Positions 1 through 12,419 of a DNA stretch of 64,000 nt are shown piece by piece. The stretch is from positions 29,962,628 through 30,026,627 of the forward strand of contig OZ037767.1 in assembly GCA_964035545.1 (NCBI GenBank). The letters are read 5' to 3'. The first letter of the stretch is position 1, and the number at the start of each line of letters is the position of its first letter. Under the pieces are notes generated by a model. The model did not search any database and was not told the DNA's origin. It saw nothing but the letters and a program-made list of their open reading frames with translations. Made by a program: the position numbers and the translations under genes. This DNA comes from Bugula neritina. Taxonomy: Eukaryota; Animalia; Bryozoa.

Positions 1-608
1 TACTAATACTCAGTAAAAGATTGTAACTGTTAAATACTACAAACTAAAACTCAATTAAGTACTAGTAGTAGTACAAACCAATTAATAATTTCTTTGCCAT
101 TTAATCAATCAATCGATTTACCAGTGATGCTACATTACTACAATTAATATTCAGGCTCTTAATCACAATTAATTGATGGTCAATCAATATCATTATCATA
201 ATGATAATCATAGTGTATAAAAGGAAGTTATTCATTATTCATTATTGATCATGGTCTTAATCAACATGAAAATAAAGATCAAGTGGTTATCAAATTCTTA
301 GTTTTGTTTTAATTAATGTTCACATGTTATATTGTCACAAAAATGTTTGCGAATCAAAGTGATATTTTTATTTTGTTTTATGTTGAAGATATAAAAGCTA
401 GTTTTTAATTTGATGTAAATAACTGTTGAGCATAATTTACTTTGTAATTGTGTATAGCAAGTATAGCTATTTGTTATTATAAATTAATTTTTAGAATAAA
501 ATTTTCATTCATATTTTATGAAGATGCTTGTAGAGTTGATCAGCCAAGTGTCGTTTAAAATAGGGACTATAAAATACCACTAATATTTTTGTTGTTATAT
601 CAGAAGCC

Positions 609-3600
609 ATGATTGATGAAGCAGACTCCGGAGATGCTATTAATCAGCCGTCTGCTATATCTAAGAAACTTACTCACTTAGGAAACGTATGTATGACTTC
701 ATGTTTTCTTTTACTATTACTCTTTTTCCTATAATAATTTATTTCTTATGACAGTGTATTCTTTAACATAGCCTTATATTTTAGTTAAATAGTAACTCAT
801 ACATTTCTTTGCAAAAATATTTTTGCTTTCTATACCCAAAACTACAACAACAAAAATTTCTAGGGCTAAGTTTAAAAATTCTAAATATATTTTAATATCT
901 CTTTTCAGATATACCAGACATACTTAGACCGAGCCGTGCCCCATGCCGCTGCCAGATGGGTAGTGCTGCTGATTCTTATCGTACTTTATGTCGTTCGAAT
1001 TATTCTACTACCGGTAAGTGAATTTTCATTGCGGTTTTTATTCTTCACTATTCAAATGTTAGCTTGTCAAGGCACGCATTTCATGCTGATTGGAGTATTA
1101 TTTATAGTGAGTACGATTCTTCAATTTCTATTAAAATCACTCTTTTGATGCACAATTTATCTTACAATATATCTGCAGTAGAGTTCCAGGGCTACTATGT
1201 CACATGACTGTTTAGACTGATTCTCTACCTACTGTTCTGTAGACTACCCAGTAGTAACATATTACACAGTATTACTATTTAATCATTCATTTGATTTACA
1301 AACTACCACAGCCAATATAACAGGTGGTAGTTTGATGTAAACTAAGACAGGGAAAATAAGCTTCTAATTTCAAGTAAGCTTCTTACTCAGTTACTTACAC
1401 TATTTGTTACAGAGGTGGTACATACATACTTACCCAGTTACTTACACTATCTGTTACAGAGGTGGTACATACTTACTCAGTTACTTACACTATTTGTTAC
1501 AGGGATGGTACATAGTTACTTACGCTTTAGGCATATATTTGTTGAGTCTACTACTTGCTTTCCTTACACCAAAAGTAGACCCAGCCTTGCAAAGACTTGA
1601 GGAAGATGGTGAGTATCTATTGTATATTCAGTGAACCAAATATTGCTAGCAGCTGTGTGCATCATACATGGTGGGAAAACTCCAAAATTCAGTAATAATT
1701 TTGTGTCGCATAACAATTTCCTCATATTTAGTGGAATCATTGTTGTATGTGTTTTATTATTGCAGAAGATGGTCCTAGTTTACCCACCAAACAAAGTGAA
1801 GAATTCCGCCCTTTCATTCGCAGATTGCCAGAGTTCAAGTTTTGGTGAGAAACAGTATTTATACAGTTCTTATACAATATTATACAGTCCTTATGCAATA
1901 TTATACAGTCCTTATACAATATTATACAGTCCTTATACAATATTATACAGTCCTTATACAATATTATACAGTCCTTATACAATATTATACAGTCCTTATA
2001 CAATATTATACAGTCCTTATACAATATTATACAGTCCTTATGCAATATTATACAGTCCTTATGCAATATTATACAGTCCTTATACAATATTATACAGTCC
2101 TTATACAATATTATACAGTCCTTCTACAATATTATACAGTCCTTATGCAATATTATACAGTCCTTATACAGTATCATACAGTCCTTATACAATATTATAC
2201 AGTTCTTATACAATATTATACAGTCCTTATACAATATTATACAGTCCTTATACAATATTATACAGTCCTTATACAGTATCATACAGTCCTTATACAATAT
2301 TATACAGTCCTTATACAATATTATACACTATTTATACAGTATTGTACACTATTATACAATATTTATAGAGTATCTATACAGTATTACACAGTCTATATTG
2401 TACTACAGGGTCTCAGCAAGCAAGGCAATGCTAATGGCTCTGACAGCCACCTGCTTTAACTTCACAGACATCCCAGTTTTCTGGCCAATTCTTGTCATCT
2501 ATTTCTGTCTGTTAGTCTTCTTCACCATGAAGAAGCAGATCAAGGTGAGTCACCCTTACCCTAGCACTGTAGGGGGTAGCAGGGGGCATGAATCCACCTC
2601 TGAATGAACTTATTAACCCAAGTAGTATATAATATGATATGTTGAACAATTCTGGGATAAGCTAAAGTATGGACAGCATCTTACCAGTATTTCAATTTGC
2701 GCATGATGTATGTTATGTGTGGAAATATGCGCTTTTGTCAAGACAATCTCCACCAATGTCTTTTATTTAAGAGTTGTCTACTTTTATATACCGATTATTG
2801 AGATAGCTAATCACTATCTCTCATTTGAACACAGTCTAAAGTGTAGCCCAAGTACCTCTGGTGTATATAAGCTAATGTATAGGTCTTATATGCAATATAT
2901 TATGCAAAGTGCTATTTCTCTATGGACAATCTTTCTATTCAATTTTGATGTCTTATTTTTTCTGTAATAGTTTGCCCAGTAAAGACTCACTCATATTCTT
3001 TAATGTTTCAACTACTAATGTAGATACTGTGTAGGTGTTATGTAGATACTGTGTAGGTGTTATGTAGATACTGTGTAGGTGTTATGTATATACTGTGTAG
3101 GTGTTATGTAGATACTGTGTAGGTGTTATGTAGATACTGTGTAGGTGTTATGTAGATACTGTGTAGGTGTTATGTAGATACTGTGTAGGTGTTATGTAGA
3201 TACTGCGTAGGTGTTATGTAGATACTGTGAAGGTGTTATGTAGACACTGTGTAGGTGTTATGTAGATACTGTGTAGGTGTTATGTATATACTGTGTAGGT
3301 GTTATGTAGATACTGTGTAGGTGTTATGTAGATACTGTGTAGGTGTGTAGCTGATTTAGTGTCAATCACTTACCATTTTGAAAGATAACTAGTTGTTTTG
3401 CTAACTGTAATATATAAATATTTATTTCAGTGAGTTGTGTTTTTTGGAGTTATCTTTCTTTATATGTGTTCACAAAATGTCCAACCACATTGATTGAATT
3501 TCTGCACGGACAGCACTGACAACTAAACAGCGCTGTTTTGTGCGAATTTAATGCGGTCAAAATGCTTATGCTTGAAAAGTTGTTGTGGTAGTGATGTAAT

Positions 3601-4071
3601 TGTCTGTGTTCCGTTTAGTGAGTCCACTTGTCACATTTCAGTTTTATGTCTTTATTCCAATCAATTGCAAGTTCTTTGAAATTTCGAGGGATATTTTAAA
3701 ATAAAATAATTCATAACCTGCACAGTAAAACTATTGGCAAATACAGTTTGTCACTGGAGTTTTGCTCTCTTTGGCAACATATTGAATGTGGCAACAACTC
3801 CCAATCATGTGGCTAGGCCTTTTGTAGATTATGAAACATTTATTCTGTTCCAACTTTGTTTAATGAGATTCATTAATGATTTGTAATCTTGCAGCTATTA
3901 TATATAATAATTGCAAGATTATCATTTAAAATTTAATTTAGGAATTTTATTCACTTGAAGTTGCTGCTATTCATGTCATTGTTTTATCTCTTTCAGCATA
4001 TGCTTAAGTACAAGTATATACCCATGACAACTGGGAAGACAGTATACCAAGGTAAAGCAGACAGTAGTTAA
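609..4071 (+). CDS. RER1: Protein RER1 (Golgi-to-ER retrieval receptor); 6 coding exons: 609-686, 909-1013, 1503-1608, 1766-1844, 2409-2544, 3997-4071
   Basis: GT-AG joins with consistent phases give MIDEADSGD...[11 protein letters not shown]...RW...[27 protein letters not shown]...[25 protein letters not shown]...[12 protein letters not shown]...[16 protein letters not shown]...GK. These are the conserved Rer1 motifs. Confidence 0.97.
1382..1521 (+). repeat. Three tandem copies (47/43 bp) of the RER1 intron 2 acceptor plus the start of exon 3
   Basis: Unit cttactcagttacttacactatttgttacAG(a)ggtggtacata; AG at 1411-1412, 1458-1459 and 1501-1502. The last AG gives the canonical protein. Confidence 0.9.
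1860..2330. repeat. 21-bp minisatellite (tatacagtccttatacaatat), about 22 copies, in RER1 intron 4
   Basis: Read directly; starts about 15 nt after the donor at 1845. Explains the YSPYTIL/MYKDCII ORFs. Confidence 0.97.
3018..3346. repeat. 22-bp minisatellite (atgtagatactgtgtaggtgtt), about 15 copies, in RER1 intron 5
   Basis: Read directly. Confidence 0.97.
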
Positions 4072-6914
4072 AGATCAATGTGTAGCCAGTGTGCACTCAC
4101 TCAAGTCTATATATAACTATTATTCAGAGTTCACAGTTAATTGATTGTACAGTTATTTTTTATAGTACTGACTCGGCATCACCTCCTATGGTCATATAAA
4201 GAGACAGTAGCTTAACTTGTAGTTGTGTTATTTTTGCTGTAGTAACATCATGCTGCGGTAGTATTGAGTAGTAAGAAAGGAAATTGGTTGGACAACTCCT
4301 TTTTTCTGTAATTGTGAAATTTCAGCTTATTTCTTCTATCTTAGAAAGGCTATATCCTGAACCTGGTTGAAAATGATTTTTAAGTTTTGCTACTACGTGA
4401 CCCAGTGGTGTTGTTTTTGTCGGTCACTTTTATCTCTACATCATAGATAACAAGCTATAACGTAAATATTATTATGGTGGTTACTGCTAGTACGTATGTG
4501 TTATTATGTAGTCATTAGGGTTGCTCAGCTTTTAATGTAGACCTTGTCATGCATTCAATAATTTATTGCTGATAACAATTACTTATAACTATTGAAGTAG
4601 TTTTAATAAATTAAGGAATAAATAAATTTATGAGATATGAATCTAATCTGGCTGTTTTGCTACATTACTTGGCTGTAGAGGCACTGCTGATACATACGAG
4701 CCAATGCTTTGTATACATTTCTAAAACTGTAATATCATTCCGCTAATTATACTGGCCATTGGTTTTATTTTTGTTCTACTGATAGTTTGAAGGTCACATT
4801 CTCAAGGTTGCCAAGTATTTATAATATGAGTCATCGTATTTGTTTCTTACCTGCTTCCGTTGACCTTCAGTAAATGGCTGCAATATTATGATACCCAAGT
4901 TACAGCAGTTGCTTCAAATCTGCACTTTGTAACGTGAGAAATGTTTATTTTCACATGCAGCGGCTAAGCCCCACCCAGGAGAGGTTACAGGTGCACAGGA
5001 AGTGTAAAACTATTCTGAATTAATGTAAAGTTTGTAAGTATATCCACTTACACATCTTCCCAGCTGCCCATCTCTCAATTTCTCTGGTCGTCGCGGTTTT
5101 CTCAACTTTGGTCGGATGTACTCATATGAAATTAACAAGTTTTACAGAGTTTAGTAACGCAGACACTTCATGACATACATATTGAATTATCAATGTAGTA
5201 TTTAATTTTATTTTACTGAACAATAAAGTGTAATTACCTTCGAAGAATGTATTAAGTTTTTGCTAAGGCATTGGTAGAGTAAGTATTGTAGATATACCCT
5301 ACTAGGAGAGGAGATAGAAAAGAATATGATTTCATTTAATGAAATTTAATACCAAAACTATATATATATATACACGTCTTCAAGGTCACAGTGAAAGCTT
5401 ACTATGATAACTCAGTGTAACACTTAGTCTTGTTTGAGGGTCAGCCTTTTTATTACTTCAAATGTTGGTTGAAAATTTTAGTAGAGTTCTACATTTTTAG
5501 GTTAATAATACACCCTGAATGCCTGCAGCAGTAAATGCATATAAATTCAGGTGCCGATAGAATTTCATTTGAGATGCAGAAAACATTTTACTAGAATTAT
5601 CTGCTTTTGAAACTCGTCCACACTGGTTTACTTCAATAAATGTTTGGAGACATATTCGGAGTTACTAAACCTCAGGAGAGGAATAGAAAACCTAGAAATG
5701 AATTTGTAGTTCTCAGAATATGCTCAAACTTTTTGCTCATAGCATTTGCCTTAAGCATGTGAAATATTGTATGTATATATATTCATGTATAATGGTAATA
5801 TATTTTAGTAGTATTACATATTACTACACTGTAGTCATACATTATGCACTGCAATTTTACATTACGCTGTGAAAATCTTTTCATTCATGTTTTCTTTTTA
5901 TGTAGTTTTTGATGAATTGTAATTTAATCATTTTTGTTATTGTTGCAATTTTCTGGCTGGAAGCAATTTAAGTTTTTTGTTATTCACAGTTGATAGAACT
6001 TTGTGGTATGTTGTCATGTTGATGATTGGGCATTTTTATTGTCTGAACTTAATATAATGTGTAGTCGGTGTTATTAAAGCTGGTCTTCCCCATAGTGAAA
6101 TGCTAGGAAAGTTCTGTAGTCCCTTCAACCTTAAAGGCACACCCGACATGTTTAGATTTGCAGTACTTGGTAATAATACACTGGTTAAAATAGCAGTTTG
6201 TCTGGTCTAATATTTAATTAGGTCTGTCCCTTGAGTAAGTTTTTTCTCAAAATATCCCTAAAGCCACCAACACATGTATGTTCTTTCCAAAGATGTATTT
6301 TTTTGGGTTTTAGTAGGTGTTGTGGTAATAAAAAAGTGGGGAGGGGTTAAACAGTGCAAGAAGAAAACAGCCAAGTTGTTGAAGGGCTTTAGTGTCTAAA
6401 AGCTAGTTGGATCTTTATTAAAAATTAAAATGCTTTCCTTCAGATTTGATGGTGAAAATAGTTGGCAGAAATAAGCAATAAGAGAAAAATATTTATTTAG
6501 AAAATTCAGAAAAGTGTCGTTTTTTACTCGGCATTCTTTTTAAAATTCAACTTGCTTTACTTTTCTATTTGATCAGTTTATTGCTACTTTTAGGTTAGTA
6601 AATCGCATTTTTAACTCATATTTACGTAGAAAAAAATTTATTTTGTTCGTTTTTATTCAATGTTCTCACAGTGAGCAAAGAAAGGTTGCAGTATAAAAAA
6701 TTTTGCATAGGGAAAACAACTTCAACATTACAAAGCATATACACACGCAAGCATACACACACACACAGTTGTATATTAAATCAATAATTCAACTGCTTAT
6801 AGTCAACTCTTCTACTCTTCTAAGCTCAGAGTAAGTGCATCCTTGCAACAGTGTAATTTCAAGAGTGTAGTGTAACATCGTAGGTGTAGTGGTGTAGCAG
6901 CAGCGTGGTAAAAA

Positions 6915-7016
6915 GCATACAGTGGGGTAAACAACATATAGTAGGTGAACAGCATATAGTGTGGTGAACAGCATATAGTAGGGTGAACAGCATATAGTAG
7001 GGTGAACAGCATATAC
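6915..7016. repeat. Short tandem repeat of about 20 bp (gtgaacagcatatagtagg), 4-5 copies
   Basis: Read directly. Confidence 0.85.
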
Positions 7017-10000
7017 TTGAAACTCTGTTTTGGATCAATACTCAGCATTAATGTGCTGACTGTCATGACCACATTATTCATTTTAAAGCCGACACTTACT
7101 TGTAGTGAAATTTTTTTAGTTATTCATTCAATTCCACTTCAGTGCAAAGCACATATGCTTTATTTAAGGGCAGACAACTTTTTCATGCTGCTGTTGTGTG
7201 CTAGAACTGAGGCTATAAAAAAAACTACATTATATGGGCTCCCCTCAAAAGCTGGCCAATTAAAAGGTGGTTCTCAATCTACAATGAAACATGGAATATT
7301 TAACAGGTTACGAACTACTCGTAGAAGCTGAAGCACTAATAGATAATGCTTATTGTGATTATAGATATGATTTTAAGATAATTTTTGAATTCAATCTGTG
7401 TTAATGTATACTTCCTGGAAAGCAACATTTTAAAGACTTGTTTTTCTGTAATTAGTTTAAATTGTAAGTACTTACTAATAGAAGGAAACATCTACTTAAA
7501 GTCTAGTACGTTTTTTTTAAGTCTCATTGTTTTGAATATGAATGACTCTATCTGTAATTGATTTCTAATGATATCATCACATCTACATGTATTCAATCAA
7601 TTCTGCTAATAATGTCAGAGTGATAAACACAATGTAGCATTTGTTCTAAAGAAACAATTTGCAAACTAGATAGTCTGCTTCCTGCTCTAAAAATATTTAA
7701 AATTAGAAAAGCAAAATTAAACAATCCTGCAACTGTGGGATATACTTATTGTTTTCAGTTTAAAAATAGAATATCAAATTATCACTTTGGTAATTTGCCA
7801 CGAATATTACTGAATAGTTCTCATCTATCAAACGCATTTTTTTGTCTGAACATTTATTTACTTGAATATTTATTTATAGAAAGTAAATTGATTTAGTGTT
7901 AGATTTGCTCTGAGTAGTTACAAAAGTCATTTAATATCGTAGCGGGAGATGTGTGTTTATGACCTCACTTTGTGTAGTGATTGCCTTCTATGTTGATAAA
8001 ATATAGTTTTCAAACATCGCTTCAGAACACCTCTGGGAAAGGAAATCCCAATTTAATTTGGAAATAAATAGTTCTAACTAGTAAGCCAATGCAGTAAAGA
8101 CCCTCTTTGCTTTTAGCTAAGGTTTGCTCATGACTGCTAACAGTATGGTCGTTGTTTTGTTATTTAGCTAGGCTCAAAAGTTTTAACCAATAGTCATTTA
8201 GCTAATATTCTCATCCTGATTCAGAATAGCAACTGCAGACCCTTGCAAGCCAAAAGTATTTATAGTACAATTTAAATTTACATAATATCTTCCATATATA
8301 ATTCTCATCAAATAATATTCAGTATAAAGGAATTGAAAAATTATCTTTAACGTACGTGTATGTTGCACGTAGATTCATAGTTGGTAGTTAGCATGTAACT
8401 GTCAAAAAGACAACTCGGGGAAAAGCTCAAGGTTTTGACAGGTAATCTTGATGTAACAGAGGTTTCATATTATGACTAGTAAAACATTCATCAAACAATT
8501 TTCCTTTATTTATAATTTTTTTAAAGTATCAGGGAAATTTGGCAGCCATAAATATTGCTGTAAGGTTAGTGGCACTGAAGCTAAGGTTACCTGTATTTAT
8601 TTTCCCAGAGTGCACTCATGTGTCTTAATGCAGACTTGAATACAGGATTCTGCAAGTTATGTTTCTGTTTTCAGCCAACAGGAATCCTCGGCTTCCGTAT
8701 TTACTTTTCTTGTCTTATATTGTTGACCAGTAACTGGTTGCTATGCTAATAAGTATATAATGTAATAAATCTTTCTAAGAAATAGTAAAATAATAAGTAT
8801 ATGCATTGTCCAACATGTCACACGCTGGTCATTAATGATATAATAACAATATTTGTTTTACCTTCACCAGATTGATATGGTTGGCACCACCACTTCGTGT
8901 ATACTGGTTGTACCATCATATTATGTCTTGTAATTAATTTCATACAATTCAGAGCTGTATCACTGCAAAGGAAATTACTATGAAGTGCTTTCTACTTGGT
9001 CTAGACAGTTTGCCAAGCCACAGTCTATAAACTCCCATAAAAACAAGATGGCTGCTATAGATTGTTACAATGACTTTGTATATTTTGGCCTCTGTAGGAT
9101 CATTTATTAATTGTTGTTTGTTGACTTCTGGCTATACGGGAGACATGGTAAAAACAACTATTCATTCATACCTTCTGCCTGCCTTGGGAAATATGATTAT
9201 TTCTACATTCCTTAGTGGTTCAGTCACAGTAAAGAGTTTTTTTTACTTTAATTGTTTTTCGGTAATATATTCATATTATATTTGATATAATCTTACATAA
9301 GCAAAACTTATTGTTGTAAATAAAGGATTTAGCATGCAAAAACCTAGCAACAATGAATGAGTTTTTTGCTGTATTGTTCTATTTTCTGAGTTGCTAAAGG
9401 ACCTCCATATTTGAAATGGTAAATAAGGTCAAATGACTAGACAGACGAGATTAATATTCCTAGATGTTGCAATGGAACACAATAACCTATTAAATATGAA
9501 ATTATGCAAGTAATTAAAACGTTTTACTTATATCTTCAATAATTCAATCGCCCCAGTTAATTATCTGGTTTTATTTTTGAATTGATTATTTGCATGTATT
9601 TAAAATCATTCTTAAAAACATGGCTTCTTTATAAAGTAATACTAGTTTTAACTTATAGAGCTATTCCTACTTTTGAGACAATGTTTTGCTTTTATGAAGA
9701 AATTATTTAATACAGATGAAAAAAAAACAACTATTTCTGTTTTTGAAGAATAAAATGCAGATTTCATACTATTGCATAATGAGATATCGCAATTGCGAGG
9801 TGTAATTGCATAATCTTATGCATATGCTAAAATTGCAGTTAGTTTGTCTGATAACATTTTTTTCTGGCATAATTAAAGTCGCTCTATCTTTTGGTGAAAA
9901 TATATTTAATAATTTGCAGCAAAGACAAATTATTGAGCACGTTATTTATTAATAAGCGTTTCAATGTTACCAATTTTCACGTTTATGACTCATTGGGACT

Positions 10001-12204
10001 TCAGAATATTATACTCCATGTTTAATGAGGCTCAGAAAGTAATGGGGAAAATCAAGATTTAAAATATTACAAACAACATTAAAGCAGATTGTGGTGTATT
10101 TTCTGTTGACTTAGTACAATCTCGGGAAGGCATGAATATTTTAAATCTAGTCTGAGACAAGAGACAATGGGCTAAGTTTAGGTTAATAGAGACTATACAG
10201 TGCAGCCTTCATAGTGAGTATTGCAATGTGGTAGAGCTGAGGTATATGATAGGTTAAAACAATTTACACTTAATCCAACTTGAACTTGTCTTGTTTTCTC
10301 ATCTTGGTATTTAGTTGTAAGTCTTACTCCGTCTGCTACCTTAAAGTGTGGTCAGATTATCCCAGCCTTCAGAATAAACAATATTGACCGCACAAGCTCA
10401 GTGGGAAGTGTACTACGTCTCGATAGACATCTTGTTTGCATAACACATTGCAATAAATTTATTTTGTTTGGGAAAATAGAATTATGACAAGTAATGATAT
10501 ACAGCAAATATTAGTAATGGTTTTTGTTGAATATTTTAGCTCATTTAGCTGAAAAAGAGTACAAAGTATCATAATAAATAGATATAACATCTGCATGAGT
10601 TTAGTATAGATTTGTGTTGAAATAATTATACATCTTGAATGTCAATCAACTATATAAACTAATCAATATATCACTGATATGTCAATAACCAATAATTAAA
10701 CACAGTCATTTGCAATACTGTATAACCTCAACACAGTGTAGTCACTTTGAATTACTCAGGTGTTGATTCTACAAGGAATCGGGCAATAAGTGAGCGAGTT
10801 TTCTTATTCCGGAAAAATATTTTAAGATTTATGCTAGCCAGTATTTGTGCTATAACTATTAAACTATGAACCTAGCTTATCTATTAACTCTTGGCTAATA
10901 ATCGTAAGAGTGCGTACCTTAATTCTAAAATAATAATTTTCCTAAATTAACTTTTCTTATTTTGAAAATATGACTTGACTGACTTAACTAAGCATCTAAA
11001 CACCTGGGAGACAAAGGTTTATCTGTATAGGTATGAAAGTTGTATTCAGGTAAAATATTTACAAATAATGAAGGCATTAAACTCTTTGCTAAAACTTTTG
11101 TTAAGCACTTTATTTTTAAGACTTTTATTGGAGAAGCAAATACTGGGTTTGGCGCTTTGCCAGATAGGTTCATGGAATTAAGCAATAGTGGTGCTGAGGT
11201 GTGGGTATGCTGCTTTAGCTCTTTAGCTTTAGCTCCTGCACTCCTGAGATCAGCATGACAGAGGTGCTCTCCCCTCCCCCAGGGTCAACTGACGTCTTGA
11301 GCATTTGAAACTTGGCCTTTTGATTTTCAGCAAAACTCCATGCACCATCTATCTACCAGCATGAGGTTTATAATGATATACATATTATATAGTCATCGTA
11401 AACATGACAGACTTGCTTTGAATAGTCCGCCTTTCATTATGGTAGAATTTGTGCAAAAATCATGAACTTCTAACAAATAGTGGGATTATCCTATAAATAT
11501 GTCAGATGAGTGTTTTATACAGTCTCCCACAGTTTATCTTTTTTATTATTTGGCAGTTTTATAAGGTTTGTTTTAATAAAACATAGATTCCACTCTTCAT
11601 CTCCCTCCTACGTAGATGCAGAGTGTGAAGCTTTGTCACATTCCATTCAAGCTTGTTTTGCTTCCTGATAAGTTTCGCAATATGTTGTCAGTAAATATTG
11701 ATGACCTGTGTTAATTAACAACTAATTGAAGGCCTACGCTGTTTAATTTTCAACACACTGCTGACTGGAAAAATATGACAGTACGTCACTGTTGTATGAG
11801 CAATCACGCAAGTCAACTCTAATTCCTCTTATGTTAGAAAGTCACTTTAGGCTATTTTAAACTTTTCAATTATGTGCAAATATAGCTAGTAATTAATGAG
11901 GTTTTTAATAATGATTCCAAGGACCTTGTGATGTAAAGGAGATATCATCAAAGCTAGCAGAAAAGACTGTCTCATACACAGCTATAACCACGTTATACTC
12001 GTTTCCTTCAATAAAACTCAGCTTTCCTAATATATGCGCTCTGAAAGCCATATACTGTAATTTCTATTGGCTTTATACCTTAGAGTTTAGACCTTGCTGC
12101 ATATGATAGTCTATTTTAAGAATAGCTAGTGATGCTGAGCAAATTAAAATTAAATAATAGGCAGACTGTGGGCACTTGGGAGAGACAATTTCCATTTCAA
12201 TTTC

Positions 12205-12419
12205 CATTTACCTAGATAAAATTTTAACTATTCAAAATAGACTACTTCGTATAATTTTTCACAAACCACCTCGATTTCACGCAGCACCTTTATATAAAGA
12301 ATCTAAAATATTACCAATTTATGAACTCTATAAACTTCAAATTTGTCTACTCGCCCATTCTGAATTTTCTTTACGCCTAGCATCTAACTACCTTCCTCCC
12401 TACCCAACCAGACATGCTC
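12205..12419 (+). mobile_element. 5'-truncated non-LTR retrotransposon (L2/CR1-type) ORF2 C-terminal fragment, left part
   Basis: Translates as YLDKILTIQNRLLRIIFHKPPRFHAAPLYKESKILPIYELYKLQ...YPTRH, the typical post-RT region of L2/CR1-group ORF2. It continues in frame with 14998-15164 once the intervening TIR element is removed. Confidence 0.8.

Noticed and set aside
585-611. Acceptor immediately before the RER1 ATG as evidence of spliced-leader trans-splicing
   Set aside because: An ordinary 5' UTR intron explains it equally well, and no SL evidence is available from DNA.
1631-2459. Long ORFs with YSPYTIL / VLIQYYT / MYKDCII repeats (CTD-like at first sight)
   Set aside because: They are translations of a 21-bp intronic minisatellite. 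The true RER1 frame splices around it.
4845-5240. Exon-like segments with good donors on the minus strand downstream of RER1
   Set aside because: The segment at 4851-4919 has stops in all three frames and no coherent protein can be built. At most it is a non-coding transcript.
10975-11300. Overlapping short ORFs on both strands
   Set aside because: No recognisable domain, splice context or partner exons.
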